A DNA stretch of 64,000 nt from a virus (IMGVR_UViG_3300036823_000383:9434-73433); one strand, 5' to 3'. Shown: positions 19,275 through 28,889, counted from the first letter of the stretch. Translations and numbers: made by a program. The notes: generated by a model not told the origin, from the sequence alone.

Positions 19275-19643
19275 TCACTCGCCGTCGAGGTGCCCGAGGG
19301 GAGGCGCCGTGTTCTTCGCGACGACGGCGCGGAGTCGATCAGCCTCGCCGGGGAGCTCCATTCGGACGAGGAGATCTATCAGCGTGTTGATGGAGATCGT
19401 GATGTTCGCCTCGTTGAAGCCGAAGCGCGTGTTGCCATCGCCGAGGCGCTGGTCGTTCTTCTGGCGCCACTCGTCGACTTCCTTGCGCCACAGGTCGATC
19501 TCGTCGAAGCGGTCGTGCGCTCGCGTGAGCATCGCCTCTATGCGGTCGAGTTGCGACAGCTCCGGAAGCGGATCGGCGGGCGGATTCGGGTCCGCCTGCA
19601 GAGGGAATTGCTCGGGCGCGCTAGCGTCGTCTCGTTCGCTCAT
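19275..19643 (-). CDS. hypothetical protein
   Basis: ATGA overlap with endolysin. Confidence 0.65.
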   Translation of the reverse strand: MSERDDASAPEQFPLQADPNPPADPLPELSQLDRIEAMLTRAHDRFDEIDLWRKEVDEWRQKNDQRLGDGNTRFGFNEANITISINTLIDLLVRMELPGEADRLRAVVAKNTAPPLGHLDGE

Positions 19644-20218
19644 GATGCTCCCTCCGGGGGCAGGACGTCGGGCTGAACCTCGCCCGTCTCGTGCCCGATG
19701 ACGCCGAGCGCCTTAATGAGCGCGGCGTAGTAGTCCTCGATGTTGAGGCGGTCCCCGTTCGGGTTTGCGTGCGTGTGCAGCCCGAGGAAGTAGTGTTCGT
19801 CGTACATCCCCGTCGTCGCTTGCAGGAAGTCGTTGCACGCGAGCGCGTCCGTCACCTCGGACGACCGGCAGATCGTATCGACAAGCCGCTTGAAGCCCAG
19901 CGCGGGCGTCGGGTCGCCCGCGAACCAAGTCGTGTACGGGACGACCTTGCCCGCGGCGTCGTCGAACTTCGAGTCGACGTGCTTGAAGGAGTACTGGTCG
20001 GGGTGCGTCGTCGTGATCGCTCCCATGTTGTTGCTGCCGGCGCCTTCGCCCTCTTTCCACCCCGCGCCGTAATTCGTCTCGTGCCAAGCGACGAGCCGGC
20101 AGAAGAGCGACTTCGCGGCCGTCATGCCCGGAAGGGCATCGACGATCGACTTGGCTTGGGTGTGGGTGAGCATCAGAGCAAGTTCCGTAACCAAGGCGGC
20201 AGCCTCGGCGTGATCCAT
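19640..20218 (-). CDS. putative endolysin, glucosaminidase (GH73)/lysozyme-like
   Basis: VAWHETNYG ... NNMGAI ... F ... HYF resembles the FlgJ-type ET.WG / NN.FGI pattern. Confidence 0.65.
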   Translation of the reverse strand: MDHAEAAALVTELALMLTHTQAKSIVDALPGMTAAKSLFCRLVAWHETNYGAGWKEGEGAGSNNMGAITTTHPDQYSFKHVDSKFDDAAGKVVPYTTWFAGDPTPALGFKRLVDTICRSSEVTDALACNDFLQATTGMYDEHYFLGLHTHANPNGDRLNIEDYYAALIKALGVIGHETGEVQPDVLPPEGAS

Positions 20219-20263
20219 GCGGCGCAGAGCACGAGCACGAGGCTCACTCGCGCGTTCGGCGCG

Positions 20264-20284
20264 GCGGACTCGGCTCGAGTCCGC
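20264..20284. terminator. intergenic hairpin
   Basis: GCGGACTCG-GCT-CGAGTCCGC directly after a stop codon; no U tract. Confidence 0.4.
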
Positions 20285-20285
20285 G

Positions 20286-21236
20286 TCACAGCGGCGCGTT
20301 CGCGGCGATGCCCGCCGAAGCCGCGGCCTCGGCTTCTTTCGCCGTCATGCCGGCGTGGTACTTCGCCGCGATCCCGGCGTTGGCCCACGCCTGGAACTGC
20401 GCGAGCGTCGGCGACGCCTTGGGCACCGGCACGTTGCCGCCGAATGCGTTGAAGTCTGCCAGCAGCCCGGCCCAGTCGAAGCCGCTTGCGGCTTTCGTCT
20501 GGCCCTTGCCGATGAGGTCCGGGGTGAGGAGCGCGTACGCCTCGCCGCCCGCGTGCGAGACGGCGTACTTCTTCAGCGCGGCCCAGGTGAGCGTGATGAT
20601 GAGCCCCCACGTCGCAATCTGAACGCCCGCGGCGTTGTAGCCGACGATTACGACGCAGTGTCCGTTCTCGGGGTTCGGTGCGCCCGCGACGTCCCACACC
20701 GCGCTGTCGTTCGCGGGGAAGGGCGAGATCCACTCATCGGGTAGCGCCATGCCGAGCACGACAGTCTCGAAGAGCTCGAGCGCCTGCATGACCTGCGTCT
20801 TGTTCGTCGCGTCGACGACGACCCAGCCGGACGCCTTCGTGCCGTTCGGGAAGCCCGTCTTGACGGCGTAGTTGAGGGCGGTCTCCTCGTCGCAGCCACG
20901 ATCCGTGCTCGGGTCCTTCGGGTTGTAACCGCCGATCGCCGAGTACCACTTGATGATGTCGGGGAGCGCCGTGTGGTAGAGCGCGCCGGCGTTGCCGGTG
21001 AAGACGGCGAGCGAGTGTCCGAAGAGTCCCGCGATGACGCAGTCGCCGAGCCGGTCATTCCCCATCACGTCGCGCAGAGCGGCGAGCGCCTTCGAGGAAT
21101 ACGAGCATGTCGCCGCCGGGGTCGGGAGCGAGACGGCGTAGCGCGCGAAGTGCAAGCGCGGTCCGACCGCCACCGGCGGGGTCCGCCCGAACTTGACGTT
21201 GCGGTTCAGGTGCTGCGCGTAGACCTCTTTGAGCAT
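20286..21236 (-). CDS. papain-like (C1) cysteine peptidase
   Basis: GNDRLGDCVIAG, GHCVVIVGY, ATWG. Confidence 0.8.
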   Translation of the reverse strand: MLKEVYAQHLNRNVKFGRTPPVAVGPRLHFARYAVSLPTPAATCSYSSKALAALRDVMGNDRLGDCVIAGLFGHSLAVFTGNAGALYHTALPDIIKWYSAIGGYNPKDPSTDRGCDEETALNYAVKTGFPNGTKASGWVVVDATNKTQVMQALELFETVVLGMALPDEWISPFPANDSAVWDVAGAPNPENGHCVVIVGYNAAGVQIATWGLIITLTWAALKKYAVSHAGGEAYALLTPDLIGKGQTKAASGFDWAGLLADFNAFGGNVPVPKASPTLAQFQAWANAGIAAKYHAGMTAKEAEAAASAGIAANAPL

Positions 21237-21247
21237 GACGTTCCCTT

Positions 21248-21577
21248 TCAGTGCGCGCCGCCGTCGCGGACGACGAGCGCAGAGATGTTGTCGGCTGCGG
21301 ACAGCCCGGAGGAGATCGCGGCGTCAGGCCCGTCCTCGAGGAACGGCTCGCACGCGGCTTCGAACACGAGCGTCACGCGCTCGACCGGTAGGCCCTGCGC
21401 GGCCGCGCTCTCCGCGAGCTGGGCGGCGCGCTGACGCGCAAAGCGCTCGCAGCTGTCGGGGGTGCCCCCGTCCCGCGAGACCGGAGCCGGAGGCGGCACC
21501 GGCACCGGGGCAGGCGAGGGCACGACCGTGCACGAGCACACGGTGAGCAGACACGCGAGAATGAGCAGTCGTGCCAA
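21248..21577 (-). CDS. Pro-rich lipoprotein (possible o-spanin)
   Basis: TTG start after GGAGG; LLTVCSC lipobox. Confidence 0.6.
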   Translation of the reverse strand: MARLLILACLLTVCSCTVVPSPAPVPVPPPAPVSRDGGTPDSCERFARQRAAQLAESAAAQGLPVERVTLVFEAACEPFLEDGPDAAISSGLSAADNISALVVRDGGAH

Positions 21578-21593
21578 GGGGTCCTCCAGCGCG

Positions 21594-22217
21594 TCAGGCG
21601 TAGACCGTGACGCCGACGTTCGTGGTGTTGCCGCCGACAGCCGCCGCCTTGATCCGTCGGACGGCGACGGGTTCGATTGCGTGCGCTGCGACCTGGATGG
21701 CGTCGATCGCGTTGTCATCGCCCTGCGCCACGATCACGCCGGCCGCGTGGCCCTTAACGGAACGGAAGACCGAGCCGATCGCGACGATGTCGCCGACGCC
21801 GATCCGGAACTGTCCGAGCGCGTCGTTCTGACCGGGGAAGGAGACGACGCAGAGCGTCGGGTCGTCGAATGCCACGGCGCCGCGGATCGTCTCGCCACCG
21901 TTCGCCGCGGTGAGCAGGAAGTCTTCCGACGTAGTAACCCCGGCGACCGTTCCGGTGGCGGTGACCTTGTTGCCCGCGCCCGTCTTGTACGACCCCGTGT
22001 GAGCCGCCGTGGAGATGGTCAGCGTCCGAGGAGCGACGCGGTAACCCGCCGCTTTGAGGGTGGCCTCCGTGCCAGTGTAGGCGGTGTTTCCGGTCCCGTA
22101 GACGATCGGTGAGGTGCTCGTTGCCGCTGCGTTCAAGAGGCCCGACAGGTCATCGACGGTCCCGCGGGTGAACGATCCGGGAGAACCAAAGAGATCCTGC
22201 GGCGAGGTGCCGAGCAT
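21594..22217 (-). CDS. putative virion structural protein
   Basis: Beta-rich Gly/Thr/Ala composition; late motif upstream. Confidence 0.6.
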   Translation of the reverse strand: MLGTSPQDLFGSPGSFTRGTVDDLSGLLNAAATSTSPIVYGTGNTAYTGTEATLKAAGYRVAPRTLTISTAAHTGSYKTGAGNKVTATGTVAGVTTSEDFLLTAANGGETIRGAVAFDDPTLCVVSFPGQNDALGQFRIGVGDIVAIGSVFRSVKGHAAGVIVAQGDDNAIDAIQVAAHAIEPVAVRRIKAAAVGGNTTNVGVTVYA

Positions 22218-22256
22218 GGGCCGCCCCTACGTTGCGGCCGCGTTGCCTGGCAAGGC

Positions 22257-22931
22257 TCAGGCCGACGTTTTCACCAGCTGGTAGGCGCGCGTTCCCGGGC
22301 GGCTCTTCGCATCGATGCGCCACCGCTCGCGGAGCTCGCCGAAGACCTGGTCCACCTCGCCCGTCTTCCGGTCCCGGCGAATCTGGTACCCGCGCGGCCG
22401 CGTCTCGAACGGCTGCTTCACGAGGCCCATGTGATCGTAGGGCGGCGGCGCGCCGACGATGAAGAAGTTGGGGAGTAGGAAGTTCGAGACGAGGATCCCG
22501 TCGATCGGGTACGAGTCGCCTTCGACGGCGTCGACGAGCTCGCGGGCGACGTCGTATCCGTCTGGGCCCGGTACCCACAGCGCCGTGTTCGGGTTCCCGG
22601 CCATCTCGCTGACCTCGTGCGAGAAGCCGACGGACGGCGCCTCGCCGGCCTGCGTCAGCGTCCCGACGAAGACGTACGAGACCGGAACGCCGCGCTCGTC
22701 CTTGTCGTGGTAGGCGCCCGCTCCTGCAACGTCGGAAAGGTCACGCGCCTTCACGATGCGCATTCCTGGCAGAACAAACCGGGGCGACGGCAGGAACTCG
22801 ATGGTCGGAGTGGGCCAGCCCCACGCGGGCGCCACGTGCTCGCGTTGCTGCTTCGCGCAGACCGTCGCGATCTCGAGCAGCTCGCCGCTCGACAGGGACG
22901 TCGACTCGTTAATGAACGCGGCGTCGATCAT
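22257..22931 (-). CDS. putative metallopeptidase-like protein
   Basis: GAYH ... SHEVSE ... ELVDAVE ... VSNFLLPNFF. Confidence 0.6.
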   Translation of the reverse strand: MIDAAFINESTSLSSGELLEIATVCAKQQREHVAPAWGWPTPTIEFLPSPRFVLPGMRIVKARDLSDVAGAGAYHDKDERGVPVSYVFVGTLTQAGEAPSVGFSHEVSEMAGNPNTALWVPGPDGYDVARELVDAVEGDSYPIDGILVSNFLLPNFFIVGAPPPYDHMGLVKQPFETRPRGYQIRRDRKTGEVDQVFGELRERWRIDAKSRPGTRAYQLVKTSA

Positions 22932-23221
22932 GGCTCACACCACGCGTCCGACGAGCACATGAGCTCGCCGGCTTGGCACCGCGGGGTCGCGGCGGGTCCG
23001 GACAGCTGTGCCATGCCCGCCGTGCAGAACCGACCGCAGTCGTACTGGCTTCTCGCCGGACGGGCGCAGAGCGTCGCCGCGCTGGCACACGCTTCCGCGC
23101 ACCGGCCGCCGGCGTCCGCGTGCACGGGCGGTGGCTTCTGACCCGTCCCCGCGCGGTCCTGATGGCATCCCGTCGCGCCCCCGAAGAAGAGCAGGAGCGC
23201 GAGGAGCAGGAGCGCCCTCAC
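22928..23221 (-). CDS. small Cys-rich lipoprotein
   Basis: Hydrophobic N-terminus ending GATGC; multiple Cys; coupled. Confidence 0.7.
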   Translation of the reverse strand: MRALLLLALLLFFGGATGCHQDRAGTGQKPPPVHADAGGRCAEACASAATLCARPARSQYDCGRFCTAGMAQLSGPAATPRCQAGELMCSSDAWCEP

Positions 23222-23868
23222 TGAGCGTCGCCGACGGCCGGCGTCGGGGCGTCCGAACAGTCCTGCGCCCATTCCGTCGCGGCATCCGAGGAGAACTTCG
23301 TCGCTGCCACCGCGAGCGCTGCGAATGCGCCGGCCGTTGACGCGAGCCCGATGCGCCAGCCCTTGTCGGAGACGATGCCGGCAGCGACGCCGGTGCCCCC
23401 CGAGACGATGCCATCGGCCCACGCGGCGCGCGTGAAGAGCTGATGGTCACTGTCGAGCGAATCGCAGTGGTGCTGATCGCGCGGAGGCGCGGCGGTCCCG
23501 AGCATCATGCGAGGCTTTGCCGCCTCCTCGAAGGAGCCCGCGCAGCCGGTGATCGCAACGAGCGCCGCGAGAAGAACGAGCATCGTCACCGCAGCGGACC
23601 GAGGCGGCGCGCTCGCGAGCTTCGCCATCAGCGCGGCGCGCTCGTCCGGACCCATGACTCGAGCGATCTTCGAGAGTGGCGCGACCTTGATTCGCGACAG
23701 CCGCGTGAAGACCCAGGAGATGACGCCGAACGCCATGCCGGCGAGGGTGAGGGCTTGAGCATCCGTCATCCCCAGCGATGGCAGGTACTTCGCTGCCAGT
23801 ATCGCGATCACGCCCGCCAGAAACTTTATCCATCCCGCCGTGTTGACGGGCTCGTCGCCGTTCATCAT
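23218..23868 (-). CDS. multi-pass membrane protein (holin-like N-terminus, internal lipobox)
   Basis: Two N-terminal TM segments, then LVAITGC, then two more hydrophobic segments. Confidence 0.65.
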   Translation of the reverse strand: MMNGDEPVNTAGWIKFLAGVIAILAAKYLPSLGMTDAQALTLAGMAFGVISWVFTRLSRIKVAPLSKIARVMGPDERAALMAKLASAPPRSAAVTMLVLLAALVAITGCAGSFEEAAKPRMMLGTAAPPRDQHHCDSLDSDHQLFTRAAWADGIVSGGTGVAAGIVSDKGWRIGLASTAGAFAALAVAATKFSSDAATEWAQDCSDAPTPAVGDAQ

Positions 23869-23882
23869 GTTGCGTCTCCCTT

Positions 23883-24656
23883 TCAGAGTCCGCGCAGCGC
23901 CGATCGCAACGCGGGGTAGATGTCGTTTCCGAGCTTCGTGTAGCCCGTGGGCGTCGGATGAATCCCGTCGCATAGATCCCCACCGACGAGCGTCGTCGTC
24001 GCCCGGTATAGCTGAATACCTTCCTCGCCGAGGGTGTCCCACACGCCGGTTCTCGTGGTCGTAAGCGACGTGTTGTTCGCCGCCGGCGCAGTGCCGCTGA
24101 AGACTGTGTTGACGACGAAACGCGCCTGAGGCTCACGCGAATGGATCTGCTCGATCAGCGACTGGTAGTTCGCAGCGAACGAGCCGCTGTCCTCGGCGTT
24201 CGTTCCCAGGTTCAACATGATCACCTGCACACCGTGCAGCGGCTTGCCCGTGCCGAGGTAGTTGGTGATCGTATTGGTAGTGAAACCGCTGCCGTTGGTC
24301 GACGGCGCACCGGGCAGCTTGTCGTTGCACGAGTCGCCGTTGATGCCCTCGTGGTGCCGCGTCGGCGCGTACGAAGCCGTCGAGTTGTTCTGCTGCCCCA
24401 GCCACTGAATCGAGGTGTACCCGTCAGCGATCGCGAGCGTATCGAGCGCGGAGCGGTAGCCGTTGTAGACAGTGTCCGTCGTCGTCGATGTGCAGTCGTA
24501 CCCGCGAGTGATCGAATCCCCGGTCATCAGGACCGAGGCGTCAGCACCGAGAGGAGAGGTACCGAGTCTTGCGTCGGCCCCGCAGCATCCAGTCGCTAGT
24601 AGGAGGCCACCGATGAAGGTGTTAGCCCTACGCAGCGACGCCGCGGGGCCGATCAG
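23883..24656 (-). CDS. SGNH/GDSL hydrolase, probable lipoprotein with CTG start
   Basis: GDSIT, HEGING, NLGTN, DGIHP; frame open upstream of ATG 24527 to a CTGA overlap. Confidence 0.8.
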   Translation of the reverse strand: MIGPAASLRRANTFIGGLLLATGCCGADARLGTSPLGADASVLMTGDSITRGYDCTSTTTDTVYNGYRSALDTLAIADGYTSIQWLGQQNNSTASYAPTRHHEGINGDSCNDKLPGAPSTNGSGFTTNTITNYLGTGKPLHGVQVIMLNLGTNAEDSGSFAANYQSLIEQIHSREPQARFVVNTVFSGTAPAANNTSLTTTRTGVWDTLGEEGIQLYRATTTLVGGDLCDGIHPTPTGYTKLGNDIYPALRSALRGL

Positions 24657-26053
24657 AATCTCCCTGCTGGGAAGTCGACCCGCAGCGAGGTGTAGTCGGC
24701 CTTCATCATGTTGGTCGCCGCGGTGCCCGTGTTCTTGAAGACGCCCACTGCCATGCCGAGCAGCGTGCTATTCGGCAGGTTCGTGGTGACCGTCGCCTTC
24801 AGCGCCTTGTCCACGTAGAACGCGACGCTAGATGATCCAGGGTAGGTGACCACCTGCAGCTCGTTGTAGGTCGCAGCAACCAGCGAGATGGTGGTGTCCA
24901 CCGGTGTTCCGACACCTCCCGTGGTGCACCCGGCGAGCCAGTCCGTCGTGTTGACTGCGCTCGTCGTGTCGTAGATGAAGCCACACCCATCAGCGAAGAT
25001 TTTCTGAGACGGAGCGCGTTGCTTCATGAGCCCCGCGTTGATCGCAAACGTGTTCGTGCCGTTCGAAAGAACGGGTGCCGTGATGCGAGTGGTCAGACTG
25101 AAGCCGACGTTGCTAGTGGAGTAGACGATCGACTCGCCGCCGTCCGCGGCGGTATTGGATGCGGTCCACGCATTTGCGATACCGCACATGCCGGTTGCGG
25201 TGGACGTACCGGATGCGCACAGAATCTCGCCTACCGCGGAGGCGGAGTTCGTGCTTTGCGCGGCGACGGTAACACCGGTCCCGCTCGTGAATCGCGCCCA
25301 CCCGGCGGACCCAGGCGCATTCGCGACGGCCGCGTTTTCCGTAAGATCGTCCACGTGCACGATGACTTCGTCGGGACCTGCTTTCGCGTCGGTTCGCAGC
25401 AGGAACACCGGAGACGTGCCGACGGTCACCGACGGACCGAGGTAGCTGTATTCGCCGCCTGCGCGGCGATTCCCAAGCTTCACGCGCACGCGCGCCCCCG
25501 GGAACTCCGCCGCCTGATCGAGATTCGGGTGGCGCGTGACGACGAACGTAGATCCGGCGCCGCCGAGGTTGGTCGCGCAGTACACACCGTTCTCGAACCG
25601 GTTCGTTCTCTGCTGAATCAGAAAGCAGTCGCCCGAGCCGAGCGTGACGCCGTCGATCGGGGGCAGCACCCCGTTTGAGTTTTCCGTCAGCGTCGAGTTG
25701 ACACCGCTGGAGCCGTTTGAATATGTGCTCGCCGGTAGATCTGCGACGGCTGCCGCCTGGACGGCGATGCCTCTGGAGTCGATGTAATTCTTCGTCGCAA
25801 GATCTTGCGGGAGCGTCGGGTCTGCGCCGCTATGGACGGGGTGCCCGTTCAGGTCCATGTCCCCGGTGGTGTGCGAGATGGTGATGTTGCCCGCGTTGTC
25901 GACGACGGCGCCGAACACCGTCTTCTTCAGAACGCAGCCGAGGACGACGTCGCCCTTCGCGTCGAGGCAGTTCGCATTCGGGGGAGGCCCCGACGGGGCG
26001 CATCCGGCCAGCACCAGCAACGCACAGAGCAGCGCAAATAGACGCTTGTTCAT
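24653..26053 (-). CDS. tail-fibre-like protein with lipoprotein signal
   Basis: LVLAGC lipobox; DLATKNYID..IDGVTL..ENGVY fibre module; beta-sandwich-like C-terminus. Confidence 0.75.
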   Translation of the reverse strand: MNKRLFALLCALLVLAGCAPSGPPPNANCLDAKGDVVLGCVLKKTVFGAVVDNAGNITISHTTGDMDLNGHPVHSGADPTLPQDLATKNYIDSRGIAVQAAAVADLPASTYSNGSSGVNSTLTENSNGVLPPIDGVTLGSGDCFLIQQRTNRFENGVYCATNLGGAGSTFVVTRHPNLDQAAEFPGARVRVKLGNRRAGGEYSYLGPSVTVGTSPVFLLRTDAKAGPDEVIVHVDDLTENAAVANAPGSAGWARFTSGTGVTVAAQSTNSASAVGEILCASGTSTATGMCGIANAWTASNTAADGGESIVYSTSNVGFSLTTRITAPVLSNGTNTFAINAGLMKQRAPSQKIFADGCGFIYDTTSAVNTTDWLAGCTTGGVGTPVDTTISLVAATYNELQVVTYPGSSSVAFYVDKALKATVTTNLPNSTLLGMAVGVFKNTGTAATNMMKADYTSLRVDFPAGRF

Positions 26054-26217
26054 GCTCCTACCTCGACCTCATCGTTCGCGTCGTTGGTCTCAACGACGTC
26101 GTTGGTGTTGTCCACGCCGACGATGTCCTTCGTGTTCGTCGGTCCCCCGCCACCGCTCGATGGAAGCGCGTGAGGAGAGAGCAACGAGAGGCATCCGAGG
26201 CCCACGAAGAACGCCAT
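26050..26217 (-). CDS. 55-aa protein sharing its C-terminal motif with the upstream fibre
   Basis: Hand translation MAFFVGLGC...DANDEVEVGA; late motif upstream; ATGA overlap. Confidence 0.7.
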   Translation of the reverse strand: MAFFVGLGCLSLLSPHALPSSGGGGPTNTKDIVGVDNTNDVVETNDANDEVEVGA

Positions 26218-26280
26218 TCGCGGGGCCCTACACCGCTGCGGTTCCCGATTCCTAGGCCGCGAGGTCTTTTCCGAACGGCC

Positions 26281-28053
26281 TTACGCGCCGACCTTGACGT
26301 CGTCGCTTGCGCTATCGACTTCGATCACGTCGCTGTTCACGCCGATGACGTCGGTGGTGTTGCTGGTCGGGATCGGGAACGTCTGGACTTCGACGCTGTA
26401 GGTGCCGTTGACGTCGCTGCGCGTTGAGGACCCCGTGGTGCGGCACAGGAGAGTCGTCGTTCCGAGCGAGAAAATTGCCCCCGGCATCGACGGAATCCCG
26501 GTGATCGTGGTCGCCGCGCCTCCAGGATCTTGCAGGACTGCGTTTGCGCCGCCCTTCCTGCTGAACCATTGCACGTGCTCGTACAGGTAGTAGTCGGTGC
26601 CGGAATTGGCATACATCCAGAAGCGAACGCGCGTTATCGCGTTGTCGGCTAACGGGACCGTCGCGAGCGTGATCGGGGACAGCGACGCGACGGCGAACGG
26701 ACCGGCAAAAGTCAGCTTGGTGAGCGGCGTCGTGTTGTCGAAGAAGAGATTGATTCCGTTCGCGCCGTCGCAGAGCAAACCAACGAGCGCCGTCAGGATG
26801 TCCTCGACGGTGGCGCCGTTCAGGTGAAACTTCGGAACCGGAGTGCCGCCGTGGAAGGCGTGCTGCACCTCGCCTTCGTTGTCCGGCGTGACGGCGTACG
26901 CGGTGCTACTCGAGCCGTCCGAGTGGAGCGTCCCGAGAGCCAGCGTTCCGTCGCCGTGAATATCGGCGACGCCACCGAGCACCGTGAGCCCGGTGCCGTC
27001 CTTGCCGTAGAGCATCGACGCGGCCGCGATGCCCTGCGTTGCAGGGACCCAGTCGCCGAAGTCGGCGTCCCACACGATCATCTCGTCGGCGTAAGTGCCC
27101 GACCCGATGAGGTCCTTCAGCTTCGGGCGAGGGTGCACGTGCGCGGCATCAGCCGCCTTCCCGCTTGCGCCCGCGGCGGCGCTGGCGGCGAGCGCTTGGA
27201 TGTCGCCGACCAACCCCGCGGTGACGGTGATCGTTCGGTTCGCAGAGAGGTCGCCTCCGCCCGTCGCGAGGCCTGCGGCGCTGACCGTTCGCGTCGTCGG
27301 CGGCGCCCCGACCTGCGTCGCGGTGTAGTCCCCTGTCTGCGCCGTGACGCCGCCGACGCGCCCGAACACGGACGAGACGGGCGAAGAAATGCCGGGCAGG
27401 TGCGAGATGCCGAGGACGCCCGTGACCGCGCTGTCGTCGGCGAGGTTGATGGCGCCGGCCTTGCCGAGCTTCCCGCTTGTGCCGTTGAACAGCACTGGGC
27501 GTCCGTCGACCGAGCTGCTCGGTCCGGAAAAGTCTCCGCCGCCTACTGGCGCGCCGTTGCTCCCGGGGACGCCGGGCCCGCACATGGTGAGATTGCCCGC
27601 GCCATCGACGGTTCCGACGGGGAAGTCGCCAGCTGAATAGGAGCCAACTCGTTCGCAGCGCCCCGTCGTCGGGCCGACGCGGACGAGCCCGTTGCTGTTC
27701 GCGGCAAGCCCAGTGACGGACGCCGGCAGCACGCCGAGCAGGGCGCAGAATCCCGAGGTCCCGCGAAGAGTCGCCTGCAGCAAGACGCCGTAGACGCTGC
27801 CTGCGTTCGAGAGAGACTCGGTGAGCGCGCGCTTCACGGTCGGCGCGGCCGGCGGTACGGGTCCGTTTTGCCCGACGACGACAACGTCACCGAGGGCGCC
27901 GTCCTGCGCGTCGTCGGCGGCGAGGATCACCTGCGTTGCGACCACGCCTCCGAGCAGCGCGATCCGCTCGCGGCGGTCGTACTCGTCGAGCTGCTGTTGC
28001 AGCTTCGCGACGCTCACGTCGCTCACAGCGGCTGCTCCGTTACCTCGAGCCAC
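26281..28053 (-). CDS. tail fibre protein
   Basis: VSSVFGRVGGVTAQTGDY, GLATGGGDLSANRTI, ADAAHVH fibre motifs; position after baseplate. Confidence 0.75.
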   Translation of the reverse strand: MARGNGAAAVSDVSVAKLQQQLDEYDRRERIALLGGVVATQVILAADDAQDGALGDVVVVGQNGPVPPAAPTVKRALTESLSNAGSVYGVLLQATLRGTSGFCALLGVLPASVTGLAANSNGLVRVGPTTGRCERVGSYSAGDFPVGTVDGAGNLTMCGPGVPGSNGAPVGGGDFSGPSSSVDGRPVLFNGTSGKLGKAGAINLADDSAVTGVLGISHLPGISSPVSSVFGRVGGVTAQTGDYTATQVGAPPTTRTVSAAGLATGGGDLSANRTITVTAGLVGDIQALAASAAAGASGKAADAAHVHPRPKLKDLIGSGTYADEMIVWDADFGDWVPATQGIAAASMLYGKDGTGLTVLGGVADIHGDGTLALGTLHSDGSSSTAYAVTPDNEGEVQHAFHGGTPVPKFHLNGATVEDILTALVGLLCDGANGINLFFDNTTPLTKLTFAGPFAVASLSPITLATVPLADNAITRVRFWMYANSGTDYYLYEHVQWFSRKGGANAVLQDPGGAATTITGIPSMPGAIFSLGTTTLLCRTTGSSTRSDVNGTYSVEVQTFPIPTSNTTDVIGVNSDVIEVDSASDDVKVGA

Positions 28054-28889
28054 GCGTCGTACAAGTAAAACCCAGCCTGCTGCTGGTTCAGCTTCACCGC
28101 GATCGCGCCGCTGTTCACCTCGATGGACGGCAGCCAGTCCGTGTCAGCGACCTGCGTGCCGCCGGTGGACTTCGACGTGATGATGGCGCTCGCACTCGCC
28201 GCGACCGTGCCACCAGAATCCGTTGTGAAACGCCGCTTGATCGCCCAGATCGACTCACCGCCTCCGGACTTCACGGCCGACACGTTCAGGCTCGCGATGC
28301 ATGTGCGGCTCTTCGTCGGGACGATGGGGCCGACGAACGAGATGCCGACGGCGACCGTCGAGCCGTGCGCGAACTTCTTCCGCACCGGAAACGAGTTCTG
28401 CACCTGCGCGTCGAGCGTGCGATTCCAGCCGACCGCCTCGAACTCGCCGCGCTCGCCTGGAATGGTCTCCCGGTACGAATCGGGGAAGGCGTTCAGCGCG
28501 ATCCCGCGTTCGAAGACGATCTCACCCGAGTCCGTGAGCGCGCGGCAGCGGCAGATCCAAGACGCCGCGCCACCGCCCGGGAGACCCGTGCCCGGCGGCA
28601 TCGGTAGGTGGACAACGTCCTGGGGACCAGCGGGCGTGACCCTCGTCGCGCCCGACTCGGTGAACAGCAACGCCGTCGGCCACCACTCGCGCGCCGACTT
28701 GGATGCGAGCGGCGAGCTTGGGTCGGATGCGTCGTAGAGCTCGTACGTCACCGATGTGACTCCGGCAGCTGGGTTCGTCTCGAGCGTGAGCGCGAGCGTA
28801 TCTCCAGATCTGGAGCGGTAGATCCGGTCGCCGCTGACGGGGTCCTCGCTCGGCGTACCTTGGATCGTGAAGGCGGCGAGGTTGTCCAC
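28023..28889 (-). CDS. putative tail protein
   Basis: GTG 7 nt after late motif; position. Confidence 0.6.
   Translation of the reverse strand: MDNLAAFTIQGTPSEDPVSGDRIYRSRSGDTLALTLETNPAAGVTSVTYELYDASDPSSPLASKSAREWWPTALLFTESGATRVTPAGPQDVVHLPMPPGTGLPGGGAASWICRCRALTDSGEIVFERGIALNAFPDSYRETIPGERGEFEAVGWNRTLDAQVQNSFPVRKKFAHGSTVAVGISFVGPIVPTKSRTCIASLNVSAVKSGGGESIWAIKRRFTTDSGGTVAASASAIITSKSTGGTQVADTDWLPSIEVNSGAIAVKLNQQQAGFYLYDAWLEVTEQPL

Noticed and set aside
24626-24631. Twelfth copy of the GTAGGG motif
   Set aside because: Lies inside the proposed SGNH signal-peptide coding region with no start codon 6-8 nt downstream; probably chance
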